From: the human T2T-CHM13v2.0 reference genome, Homo sapiens
Assembly: GCF_009914755.1 (NCBI RefSeq)
Contig: NC_060926.1
Strand: one strand, 5' to 3'
Length of the DNA stretch: 64,000 nt
This document shows, piece by piece, positions 23,860 to 44,125 of the stretch. Numbering within the stretch: the first letter of the stretch is position 1; each line of letters opens with the position of its first letter. Position numbers and translations under genes: made by a program. Under the pieces are notes generated by a model. That model did no database searches. It was not told the DNA's origin and was given only the letters and a program-made list of their open reading frames with translations.

Positions 23860-24830
23860 CATCTTAATTAAGTGATAAAATCCACCAATAACAGGACAAA
23901 TTGATATCACATGTCTTCTAATATGATGCAATAAGAACAAGATTACTTCTGTGAAATTCCTGCTAAAAATACATAACCTGAATTAGTTCATGAGAAAAAT
24001 ATGAAACAAATCCAAATTGAAATACATTCTGCAAAAGAACTGACCTGTTGTCCTCAAAAATGTCACTCATGAAAGACATGGAAACTGAAGAACGGCCCCA
24101 AATTGATGAAGACTTAAGAGATGTGACAACTAAATATTATGTGTGATCCTGGGTTGGATCCTAGACCAGAAAGAAAACGTTGGTTACAAAGGACATTATT
24201 AAGACAACTAGCATTGGGGTATGGTGGCTCACGCCTGTAATCTCAGCACCTTGTGAAGCTGAAGAGGGTGGGGGCCTTGAGCTTCAAGCTCCTTGATTTC
24301 AGGAGTTTGAGACCAGCCTGGGCAACATGGTGAAACCCCGTCTCTACAAAAATTAGCGGGGCATGGCGGCGTGTACCGGTAGTCCCAGTTACTCGGGGGC
24401 TGAGGTGGGAGGATTGCTTGAGCCTGCGAGGTCGAGGCTGTAGTGAGCCTAGATTGCAACACTGCCCTCCAGTCTGGGTGACAGAGCAAACCCTGTTTCA
24501 AAAAGAAAAAAAAAAAAAGAGAGAGAGAGAGAGAACTAGCAAAATTTGAAAAGGGTCTATGGATTAGTTGTAGTACTTTATCATTATGAATTTCTTGGTT
24601 TTGGTAGTTGTATTGTGATTATGTGGCAGAGTATGTTTCTTTGAGGAAAATATACATACTGAAGTATTTATAGGTAATGAAGTGTCATATCTGCAAAGTT
24701 CTCTGAAATGATTCTGGGAGAGAGAGAGGTTAAATGTTAATGGAAAATCTGGGTGAAGAATATACAGGAATCTTTGCACTATTCCATGCAACTTTTTTAT
24801 ATACGTGAAATTATTTCAAAATAGATAGTT
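23860..24830 (+). mobile_element. L1MC/ME 3' region
   Basis: ACAACTAAAT..GTGTGATCCTGGGTTGGATCCTAGACCAG, then GAATCTGGGTGAAGAATATACAGGAATCTTTGCACTATT. Confidence 0.7.
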
Positions 24831-25179
24831 AGAAACAAACATTGACCTATATAGTGTGTTGGGAAAAAAAGTAACCCCCCCCAAAACAAACAAACAAACA
24901 AAAAGATGAGTTTAAACCAGATTAGGGGGTAGTAAGTAAGCTTGAGTTTGACCAGAAGACAAACACCGCAATTGGTATTGTGTATTATGAAGGCGCTCAA
25001 CTATGAGCCAACAACAGAGTGGGAATACTGGATGCAGTGTTCCTGCTGTAACCCAAGACCCTCAGAAAGGGCCATCATTCTCACATCTTGATAGCACCCC
25101 CAGCTGACAGTGGAAGCATACATAAATTGTCTTTGGAGAAAAGCCAGGATTCTCACAGATTTAGATCAACCAAATATGA

Positions 25180-27320
<2,141 letters not shown>

Positions 27321-27965
27321 AGGACAAGGGCACTACTTGTTCTCTTCCCAACCCCAATACTCACAGCTTCACCATCAAAATCTGCCTTGTAAGCCATTAG
27401 GACTTATCCCATGTGCCCTGGCTCTATTTAGCCAGTCATCAAGAAATCTGAGATTTCTCCATCATCCCAAATCACCTGGACTCACCCTTGTAAACTTCTG
27501 TACTGCTTTTTATCTGACATTATCTCCTTAAACCTCCAACACTTCCTCCACCATTCTATTTTTGTTTGTTTGAGACAGGGTCTCTATTGTCCAGGCTGAG
27601 TGCAGTGGCACAATCTCAGCTAATCAGAGCCTCCACCTCCCAGGCTCAAACTATCTTCCCACCTCAGCCTCCTGAGTAGCTGCGACTACAGGCATGCACC
27701 ACCAAGAAGCCCGGCTAATTTTTTTTTTTTTTTTTTTTTAGAGACAGGGTCTTGCTATGTTGCCCAGACTGATCTTGAACTCCTAAGCTCAAGAGATCCT
27801 CCCGCCTCGGCCTTCCAGGGTGCTGGGGTTTGTAATCCACAGCACCTGGCTTTTCCACCATTCTTACTTGTTTCCTACTTTCAGTTGATAACTTGGGGAG
27901 CCCTCTCTTCCTCTCACACCCCATATCAAATGCATCCGCAACTGTTGTATCAACAGTTATATCAG

Positions 27966-28674
<709 letters not shown>

Positions 28675-28730
28675 AACAACTATATCAGTTCTTCCTTTAA
28701 AATACATCCAGGTACAGGTGTGGTGGCTCA

Positions 28731-29112
<382 letters not shown>

Positions 29113-29438
29113 CTATCTCAGCCCTCTCTCCTGTACCACTCATTCTCAGACTCCGTAAGCCTGATTTATTCTTCTAAAGCTCAAGTCAGATCCTTCCTCT
29201 CCATCTTTTTTGTTTGTTTGTTTGTTTGTTTGTTTGTTTTTGATTCGGAGTCTCACTATGTCGTCTGGGCTGGGACGCGGTGGTGTGATCTCGGCTCGCT
29301 GCAACCTCTGCCTCCTGGGTTCAAGCAATTCTCCTGCCTCAGCGTCCTGAGTAGCTGGGTTGGTTAATTTTTGTATTTTTGGTAGAGACGGGATTTCACC
29401 ATGTTAGCCAGGCTGGTCTCTAACTCCTCACCTCGTGA

Positions 29439-29636
<198 letters not shown>

Positions 29637-30193
29637 TGAGTAGCTGGGACTACAGGGGCCCGCCACCATGCCTGGCTAATTTTTTTTGTATTTTTAGTAG
29701 AGACAGGGTTTTACCGTGTTAGCCAGGATGGTCTCGCTCTCCTGACCTCGTGATCCGCCTGCCTTGGCCTCCCAAAGTGCTGGGATTACAGGCGTGAGCC
29801 ACCGCGCCCGGCCCTAATTTTTGTATTTTTCTCAGTAGAGACGGGGTTTCACCATGTTGGCCAGGATGGTCTGGATCTCCTGACCTCGTGATCCGCCCGC
29901 CTCGGCCTCCCGAAGTGCTGGGATTACAGGCATGAGCCACAGCGCCCGGCCTTTCCTCTCCCCCACTTAAGAAACATCCTACTGTTGCTTATCATCTCAG
30001 AGTAAAAGCCACAGTGCTCACAATAGCGATGAGGCTTTACACCTTCCGTCTTCCCGCACACCCTCTCTGAGCTCATCCCTATCACGTGCTTGTCATGCTC
30101 CACCCACCCAAGCATTCTAAGCATTCTTCCATCTGTGGGCCTTTGCATTTGCTCCACCCTCTGCCTTAACCCTCTGCCCTGATAACCCAGCGA

Positions 30194-30753
<560 letters not shown>

Positions 30754-31890
30754 TCACTGCCCCTTCCCACCGCAGCACGCTGCCCATGTTTGACCCATCT
30801 GGAATGCCTTCTCCTTATCCATTTGGGAGCTTCAGGGAGGCCTTCCACAAAGCCCCAGACCTCAGGCCAAAATCTTAGGGAGTTTATGGCCAAGAGAATT
30901 TCACCAAAAGAACCGTTATTAAAAGAAGAAGCCAGGTGCGGTGGCTCACGCCTGTAATCCCAGCACTTTGGGAGGCCTTGTTCTATCTGTAACAACACTC
31001 TGAATATTTCCTTTATGGAATCATAGAGTTATTTATACAGTTATTTGCTTAATGGCTATCTCTCCTTTTGGAAATACTTTCATTTGTATTTTAAAATTTT
31101 AAATTGTAGTAATTTATTTATTTATGTATTTCTTTATTTATTTTGAGACAGAGTCTCACTCTGTTGCCCAGGCTGGAGTGCAATGGTGCCATTTCACCTC
31201 ACCACAACCTCCATCTCCTGGATTCAAGCAATTCTCCTGCCTCAGCCTCCTGAGTAGCGGGGATTACAGGCGTGCACTACCACACCTGGCTAATTTTTGT
31301 ATTTTTGGTAGAGACGGGGTTTCACCATGTTGGCCAGGCTGGCCTTGAACTCCTGACCTCAGGTGATCCGCCGGCCTCAGCCTACGAAAGTGCTGGGATT
31401 ACAGGCGTGAGCCACTGCGCCGGGCCAAATTGTAGTAATTTATTTTTGAATAGGAAAATATTTACATCATTCACACTGTCAATGATGTACCAAAGGCTGT
31501 GCATTGAAGCCTCCTTCCCACTCTTCTCCCAGCCCCTCCACTCACCTCTCCAGGATGTCCATATAACTAGATTCTTGTGTTTCTACAAATAATATTTTAT
31601 GCATATGTAAACAAACATACACCTATTCTTCCTCTTCCCCACCACCTTTTTTTTTTTTTGCACAAATGGTACTAAATTATATACATTGGTCTTTTTGCTG
31701 TCTCCCCTCTCCTGTTGCCTCATGCCTTGTATTCATCTTACTCAGTTATTTATTTAATTCATTTTAGCAACATCTCAAGGGAATAAAGATAAATCCCCAT
31801 TTCATTTGTCATGTTTAACTAGAAGTTAAATGGAATTTTTTTGTTCTCACTTTTTTTTTTTTTCCTGGACAATCCCTACTGCAGAACTCA

Positions 31891-32256
<366 letters not shown>

Positions 32257-32378
32257 TCAGCCGGGCGTGGTGGCTCACGCCTGTAATCCCAGCACTTTGG
32301 GAGGCTGAGGCCGGGGATCACTTGAGGTCAGGAGTTTGAGGCCACCCTGGCAAACTTGGTGAAATCCCGTCTCTCCTA

Positions 32379-32651
<273 letters not shown>

Positions 32652-32974
32652 CTAGCTAATCGGGAGGCTAAGGTGGGAGGATTGCTTGAGCTCAGGAGGT
32701 CAAGACTACAGTAAGCAGTGATCATGCCAGTGCACTCCAGCCTGGGCAACAGAGCAAGACCTTGTCTCAAAAAAATTTTTTTTGGGGCCAGACACAGTGG
32801 CTCACGCCCGTAATCTCAGCACTTTCGGAGGCTGAGGCGGGCAGATCACCTGAGATCAGGAGCTCAAAACCAGCCTGGCCAACATAGTGAAACCCCCTCT
32901 CTACAAAAATTAGCTGGGCATGATGGCGGGTGCTTGTAATCCCAGCAACTTGAGAGTCTGAGGCAGGAGAATCA

Positions 32975-33448
<474 letters not shown>

Positions 33449-34012
33449 TCATTAATTTTTGAAAAATTCTCAGCCATTATTATGTCAAATATTTCTTCTG
33501 TTCCTTTCTCACTTTCTTCTCTTTTTGGTATTCCTACTACATGTAAGTTATACCTTTCGTAATTGTTCCACAGTTCTTGGATCTTGCATAGTCTGTTCTA
33601 TCTTTTTCATCATATCTTCCCTTTTCATTTCAGTTTTAGAAGTTCTATTGACATATCTTTTTTTTTTTTTTGACACAGAGTCTCACTCTGTCGCCCAGGC
33701 TGGAGTGCAGTGGCATGATCTCGGCTCACTGCAACCCCACCTCCTGGGTTCAAGCAATTCTTCTGCCTCAGCCTCCCGAGTAGGTGGGAGTACAGGTGCA
33801 CCCCACCACGCCCAGCTAATTTTTGTGCTTTTAGTAGAGACAGGGTTTCACCATATTGGCCAGGCTGGTCTCTAACTCCTGACCTTGTGATCCACTGCCT
33901 CGGCCTCCCAAAGTGCTGGGATTACAGGCGTGAGCCACTGCACCCAGCCGACATATCTTTAAGCTCACGGATTCTTCCCTTGGTCATGTCCAGTCTACAG
34001 ATGAGTAGATGA

Positions 34013-34222
<210 letters not shown>

Positions 34223-34769
34223 TAATTTTTTTTATTTTTTTTATTTTTAGTAGAGATGGGGTTTCACCTTCTTAGCCAAGATGGTCTTGATCTCCTGACC
34301 TCGTGATCTGCCCACCTCGGCCTCCCAAAGTGCTGGGATTACAGCTGTGAGCCACTACGCCCGGCCTCTACCTTTCTCTTTTTTTATTTTTTTATTTTTT
34401 TTCTTACTATCCCTCCCCCATCCCCCTACCTTTCTCTTGCAGTGTTTTTAATTTCCAGCATTTCCTTCTGATTCTTTCTTAGAGTTTCCATCTTTCTGCT
34501 TGCATTACTTATCTGTTCTTGCATGGTGTTCACTTTTTCCATTAGAGGCCTTAGCATGTTAATCATAGTTATTTTAAATTGCAGGTCTGATCATTCCAAA
34601 ATCTCTGTCATATCTGAGTCTGGTTCTGATGCTTGCTTTATGTCTCCAAATTTCATTTTTTGCCATTTAGCATGCCTTATACAATTTTTTGTTGAAACCT
34701 AGACGTGATGCTTCACATTAAAGAAACTGAGGTAGACAGGCCTTTAGGGTAATGCTTTATGATTATTTG

Positions 34770-35443
<674 letters not shown>

Positions 35444-35545
35444 TGAGCCTTGCCGTTCTTTTAAATGTAATCCACTGTTATACAGGAGGCCGATTAACAT
35501 AGTGGTAAGGTGTTGGGGAGGAGGAAGTATTCTATAATCCTATGA

Positions 35546-35908
<363 letters not shown>

Positions 35909-37705
35909 TAACTCTTTAAGTTTGTCCACAGGCTGAGCCTCCTGCAATCTGTCAATTACAGTTTAAGTTTTTCTATCAGTACAGGCTTCAGCTACTGGTA
36001 AGATGTTCTCTGTGCTTCTCGGTAACCACCTCTTTCTCTGGTATTTGGGATGGCAGTTTGCCCTGTGACCTCAATTCTCTGATGAATCTAAGAAAAGTTG
36101 TTAGTTTGTTCAGTTTTTTTCTTGTCGTAAGCACAAAAGTGATAACTTCCAAGCTTTTTCACATGTCAGACCAGAAACTAGAAGCCCCTTAATTAATATT
36201 TCTACCTCAGTGATTCATAACTTAAATTTCTAGTCTAGGTTTTTCCTCTGAGCTTCTGATCTATCTACACTTCCACTCAAATATCTCAGAGGTAACTCAG
36301 TGCAATGTGTCAAGACCAAATTTATGATCTTCTCCTCCCCAAAACAACTAATTTTTCAATTTCCCCTCCTCAGAAATGGCCCTCCTCCCAGCTTAATTCC
36401 CAGGCCACAGAATACATCTCTGATGGCTTCCTCACCATATCCAATGCCTTACCAAGTCTTATTGATTTTAATTCCTTGATATCTTTCAAAAGAATCCATG
36501 CCTCTTTCTGTTGTCACTATCCTGGTTCAAGTCACTTACCAACAACTGTAATAACTTCCTACACTTGTCCACCCCATCCCTGAAGACTCCCCTACCTCAC
36601 CCACCCATTCAAAATGCAAGTCTGATGATGTGCCACCATGTTGTTCCTGTGTCCCCCAGCCCTCTGTGACAGAGACTTTGTATAAGTGCTGCTCCCTCTG
36701 TTTGGAAACGCCCTTTCCCTTCCTGTCTCCTGGTTCACCCATGACCACTTCTTCAGATCTCAATTCAAGCTGCCTGCCCTCAGGGAAACCTTTTCTGACT
36801 CCCCAGGCTAGATTCCTGTCCCTCCTTTTATACACTCACAGAAGCCTGCCTGGCCCCTTCATGGCACTTATGCTGCTCTGTAATGACATATTCATTTGTG
36901 AATTTATTTAGTGGAAGTCTGTCTCCCCAGTTAGAGTGTAAACTCCAAGAGAGAAGGAAACAAGTCTATCTTACTCACCATTTATCTCCAGCCCCTAACA
37001 TAAGGGCTCGTACAAAGTAGCTGCTATGAAAGTTTTATTAAATGACTAAATTAAACCTGTCTTCCATATCCTGATACCACCCAGATGTACATAGCCAGCC
37101 TGGTCCCCTCTCCTAATCTCGATCTATAGGTTGCAGCTCCTGGTACAAAGTTCCTCCTGGTGATCCACAAAGAATCCTACCTCCTCTGCAGGGCCCGGAC
37201 CTGGTGAACACCACCACCTTTTACCTGTTGCTTCAGGCAGAACCTGATGGTCATCTCAAACCCTTCCTTCTCCCTCAACTACCACGTTCGGAAACCACAA
37301 AGTCTGTTCCCTCCTATCTCCTCAGTATCTCCCAAACCTGCCCATTGTTTTCTTCCACAGCATCCCTACCCTACTTTAGACCACTGTCACCTCTTGCTTA
37401 TATTTCTACAGTAGCTTCCAGAATGGTCTCCTTAGGAAATCTTGTCCCTTCAAAGGATTATTGACAAAGAACTCTATTTGAAACACAAATTTCATTCTTA
37501 TTTTATTGTTTATTTATTTTATTTTTTGAGACAGGGTCTCACTCTGTCACTCAGGTTGGACTGCTGTGGTGCGATCATGGCTCACTGCAGCCTTGATCTC
37601 CCTGGCTAAAGCGATCCTCCCACCTCAGCCTCCTCGGTAGCTGGGACTACAGGTCTGTGCCACCAGGCTTGGCTAATTTTTTGTATTTTTTTTTTTTTTG
37701 TATAG

Positions 37706-37983
<278 letters not shown>

Positions 37984-38068
37984 TAGCTGAGACTATAGGC
38001 ACACGCCAACACACCTGGCTAATTTTTTTGTATTTTTGGTAGAGACAGGGTTTCACCATGTTGGCTAG

Positions 38069-38185
<117 letters not shown>

Positions 38186-38290
38186 TGACTGGGTGTGGTG
38201 GCTTGGTGTGGTGGTCTGTAATCCCAGCACTTTGGGAGACCAAGGCTGATGGGTTGTTTCAGTTCAAGACCAGCCTGAGCAACATAGTGA

Positions 38291-38561
<271 letters not shown>

Positions 38562-40288
38562 TAATCTGCCCACCTTGGCCTCCCAAAGTTCTAGGATTAC
38601 AGGTGTGAGCCACCACGTACCAGCCCTACCTCTCCTTTAAAAACAAATTTTTTTTTTTGAGACAGAGTCTTGCTCTGTCGCCAGGCTGGAATGCAGTGGT
38701 GCAATCTCGGCTCACTGCAACCTCTGACTCCCTAGTTCAAGCAATTCTCCTGCCTCAGCCTCCCGAGTAGCTGGGATTATAGGCGAATGCCACCACACCC
38801 AGGTAATTTTTGTATTTTTAGTAGAGATGGGGTTTCACCATGTTGTCCAGGATGGTCTTGATCTCCTGACCTCATGATCTGCCCACCTTGATCTCCCAGA
38901 GTGCTGGGATTACAGGCGTGAGCCACTATACCCAGCCAGGAAAAAAAAAAAAAAAAATTTTAAAGAAAAAAAATTAGATTCTCACTCCCATTCTATTCTG
39001 TTCTATCCCATTCTATTTACTTAATGGGCTTTGCAGACCATAGAGCCACCTCCCAGCCTCCACTTCCGTTCCCTGTCTGAGACTCTGCTGTGGGCTGGCC
39101 TGCCTCCCTGGGCAGCTTCTTCCAATTCTCCACAGGAGCTGTGTTCTTTCATGTCCCGGCCTCTGCATGGCTTCTTCTACCCACACTTAGTCCTTCCCCT
39201 TAGCACCCTTTGTCTGGCTAACCCCTACTCAGGTCAGGGTGTGGGGACTCTCCCAGAGAGTCCCACTGCCCCCCACACTTCCCTGATCAAGGCACTTGTC
39301 ACCCTGCTGCCAGCCCCTCTTTGCTCCCACTGGAATATAAGTGCCATCCTTACTGGGGCATTGCTTTTGGCTGTGTCTCCCAGTAGGTATAGTAAGCATT
39401 TAGTAAAAATCACTGAGCTAATGAAGGAACACTAAATTCAGAAACATCAGAATGAATCGTGATGCTGCCTCTCTAGGGAAATCCTGGCATGTAAGCTGTT
39501 AAAAAGGAGGATTACTGCCACACAAGTGCTATCCCCACAACTGCTTCAGTAATGGCAAAACCCTATCATGGTAGGACACATGTGTTCTCACTAGTTCCTG
39601 AATCAAGAAAGGTTCATCTAGCGGAACATCAGCGCATAATCTGAGCAGGCTATGGAAGAGGCTGGGGCCCATGGCTGACTTTACTATGATGTGTGGCTGG
39701 CATCGTTGGCTGCATGGCAGTTAATCCCATTGTAGGAAAGGTTTTTAAAAGCTTTACTTCAGTGGCAATCTTCTGGCTCTTACCACCAGTCTGTGGGAAA
39801 AGGTGCACTGTAACAGCTGCTGTGAATGTTTTCTTACTTTCCCAAAACCTAGCAAAGGGGGAGAGGAGAACTTGAAAGTCTTCTACCTAAGCGAATGCTG
39901 GGGGGCAACTGAAGGGTTGATGATCAAAGACTCCAGGTGTTTGGCGGAGGCTCTCAAGTATAGGAGGACACAGGGTAGGTATGAAAATGGGAAGGGGGAA
40001 GTAGTGTGTCAGGAAATGGAGATGGCTGAGTTCTAAATCCAGGCTAAACACAGCCAAAATTCTTGAGATTTTACCCATCTTATAAAACTAAAGGAGAAAG
40101 ATAACTTTGTCTGTTTCCTCTACCCAAGAATGCCAGTCTGGCAAGTGGGGTGTATCATAAACAAAAGTCATGGGAACATGGATGCCCTGAGCATCAGTTT
40201 CTCCAAAAGAGGAGGAGGAACTAAGTACCTTTCTCTCAGGATCAATACCACAGTGATCTCACTTAGACAGAGGCTTTTTCACAAACTA

Positions 40289-40648
<360 letters not shown>

Positions 40649-43600
40649 TCATGCCCTGCTGGCTTCTCACCTCCAGAAATCATCCTATTTATAATATTTG
40701 TATTTTGTTTTGAATCAAAGGCTTAGTTAAGGCAGAAAAAAAAAAATCTATAAAATGCAGCCTGAAGTGAGTTGGTGGGGGTGGGGAGGGGCTAGGATGT
40801 TCAGGGACAGCTGTTCTGGAAAACAGGCCTTACAGTTGAAGCCAGGCCAGGCACGGCACTCATGCCTATAATCCCGACACTTTGGGAGGCTGAGGTGGGT
40901 GAATTGCTTGAGCCAAGGAGTTCAAGACCAGCCTGGGCAACATAGTGAGACCCTATCTCTATTTTAAAAAAAAGAAAAGAGTTGAAGCCAGAGAAGACAT
41001 GTGGCATTGAGCTCTTGTGGCAGAAGGAAGAATGGCAAAGACCCTTAAAAAGACAAGTTTGGGATGTTTGAGGGGCTACAGATGGTGAGTGGTTGGGAGC
41101 GTGTAAGGCAGAGGCAGGAGGGGCAGGAGCTATGGTTCATGCAGGGCCACAGAAGAACCTGGGAGTTTGCTCACCAGTAGACCATTCCAAAAGGTTTTAA
41201 GCAGGAAAACAATATAATCGTCTCTATATGTATAAATATCACACTGGCTTCCGAGTGGCGACTGACCTTGGAATAGTAGAAAGGAACGAAATGTGAACAG
41301 GAAGGAGCCAAGAGTTGCGGCTGGGAGCCCAGGGAGGAGGCTGCCATGGTCCTCCAGCCAACAGAGGCGGTGATGGCGGCTGAATCCCTGAGATGTCATG
41401 GAGCAGTTCTTGTTTCAGGCTTGAATGTGGGGTGTGAGACAGAAATAGAGGAAGCAAAATAAGAGTTAGTAGGTGTTTGGGATGTTGATTAACTGACTTA
41501 CCTGGTAACTGCAGTTGTTGATGAATGAGTGGACTTCTCTTTCCCGTGAGATTTCCATCCTGGCGGCTATTTGCCAAGACTGCTACTCTGTTCTTACCTT
41601 TCCGTAATACAAGGCTAACACACTCACTGCCCAGCGTTGTTGGACAAACAAAATGGAAAATGGATAATACTGATGTCAATCTTTCTGAGAAGAGACAAGT
41701 GGAGTAGACACAGAGGCCCTTCTTGTTGTTTCGGTTAGGCCAACACACAGATGAATGTTACCCCTCCCATCAAGCCTGTGGAGTAGATAGTGCTATCATC
41801 ATTTCACTGAGGGGAAGACTGAGGCCCAGGACTGAGTTTGTATAACTGGGGTATGGCCACAGTGCTTGTGAGTGGGCTCAGGTGTGCAGAGTTGAAGGTG
41901 AGTGGTGGTAGAGTAGGGTCAGTTGACATAATCCTTAGAGATGGGAGGGAAAAGAGGACACAAGGCTTGTTAATGCCCTGCTTTCTAATTCCAGTACAGA
42001 ACAGAGGGACCCCTGCACTGTGGTTTACTGAATGAGTTTCAAGGAAGTAAAGGGGGGTGGGGGGAGTGGGGAGACTCCAACACACTCCAACAAAGGAGGT
42101 AGCCTTGAACCTCCTTTGAAGTGCAATGCAAAGAAGTCAGTCTCTCCACACAGGACTGGGGTTGAAAGCTGAGAGCCAGGAGTGTAGACACTGATACTGA
42201 TGCTGATGCTGACTGGTTAGCTTGAATAGAATGTGCCTGGAGGCTGGAAGGGCTGAGGGAACTGACTCTAAGCATGTGCAAAGGCCTGAGGCCGTGAAGC
42301 AAGTTCCGCATGACTTGACCCAGTCGCTTCTACAGAAGCACTGTGGCTTTGTACACCCGAAACCATCCTGGTCTGTCTTCTCCCAGCAGAAGCTGCAGCC
42401 TCTCGGCCAGACCTGGGGAGCTGTCCTCTACTCTTCCAGGAGGTTAAACCATTTTGTCTCCCATCAGAGCCTCATAGCTAGGTGGGGAAGCTCAGAGCAG
42501 CCCCAGGGATCCTCTCTGTCCTGGGTACATCTGTTACTGCCCTGCGTCATGCTTGCTAAGGGTCTGTCTCTTTTTCTGGGTAGTGAGCAACTTAAGTCAG
42601 AGAATGGGTCTTAGTCATCTTAGTATCCTCAAAGCCCAGCCCGATGCATGGTGCCCACAGGAGATTTGCTGAGTCAGTGGATACACTTCTTGTGAGGCTC
42701 AGGCTCCCAACCAGCATCCCCATCATCTGGCTTTCCTGGGCAGCTTCAGAGCATGAGACCTGAGCCACTGACCTGGCTGCTAGCTGATCCTGAGGAGGAG
42801 GACATGCCAAGAAACAGCGACTTCCCTTCCCGTCTTCACAAAAAGGAGCCCCAGATCCAAAATCCAACCTCAGGAAGCATACAGAAAAAAATGCCTGGAA
42901 GGAAACATTACTGAATTGGGGCGGCAGGAGCCTGGGTTCCAGGCCCAAGTCTGGAACCAACAAACTGTATGGCTTTTGGCAAGTCACTTAACCTCTCTGT
43001 GCCTCTCCCTTCTCCACTTTGAAACAGAGAGGCACTATTGTAGGTTAAGGTCAGGAGGACTCTGACATCACACGGCCTAATTTTGAATCCCTGTTACACC
43101 ACTTACCTGCAGCAACCACTTAGATCTGTGACCATGGCCCGGTTATACAAACTCCCCAGACCTTAGTATTCTATTGATGAGATGGATAATAACAGTATCT
43201 ATTTCATAGAGTTGTTGGGATGTTAGTACAGATAGTTTATATTTAATATGTGCTGTAGGGTAGTGCCTGGCACCTGATAAGTGAGTTGTCATTATTGTAA
43301 TGTTATTATTGTAATGTTGTCTTTTTAAAAATGATGACTGCTATTCATGCCTCCCAGGGTTTTGGTGATGATCTCCTGACATCATGAATAAAAAAGTAGG
43401 GAGGAATTCAGTAGGTATCTGGTCTTCTGTGGCCTTTTTTTGTTTTAAAATCTCACAAGAAATTCCTTCTTTTTTCAGCGGAGCCAGCACCCAGCACACA
43501 CCCCAGCTGACAGCTTTCCATGACAAAGGCAAGACCACCAGGTCTCTAGCCCTGAAGCCAGCAAGTCTCCAGTCTCAGGAAAACATGGGAAGGAGGGGAG

Positions 43601-44024
43601 GGTTCATTAACAACCTCAAGGTTTCACTACTAGAGCAGCCAAAGAAAATAAAAACCCATTAGACCCTGAGGATTTAGGATCTTTCCAAGTCTGGAAAGTC
43701 TCTGGAGGGAAGAGAAGCAGTTTGGGCCTTCGCTCTGAGGTTCAGAGCAAAGCTTGCCCCATTTTGTCCTGGGAGGGACTTGGGGACTTGTGAGCGCCCT
43801 CGGGGGATGGAGAGGGTGGTGGGGGGGAGGGGTACAAAGGCACACAGTTCTGAAGCCTCTGGCCTCCCAGACTGCTGTTTTTCCAGTAAGTTCAAGAATG
43901 GGATGAAGAATCTAAAAGTGTCAAGAAAGAAATCTGAAACCTGCTTATTAATTCCTCACCTCCTTTGCCGTCTTACTCTGAATGGTTCACTAGGTCCTAA
44001 AGGCTGGAAGGCAGCTACTTAAAG

Positions 44025-44125
44025 TTATAAATGCGCTGCTAAATGTCCTATTATACACAGAACCTCTACAACAGAGAATTATCCAGCCCCAAATATCAGT
44101 ACTGCTGATGATTGAGAAACCCTGG
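44025..44125 (+). mobile_element. MER20 3' fragment
   Basis: GCTGCTAAATGTCCTA..ACAACAGAGAATTATCCAGCCCCAAATATCAGTACTGCTGA..TTGAGAAACCCTG followed by GTCTAG. Confidence 0.72.
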
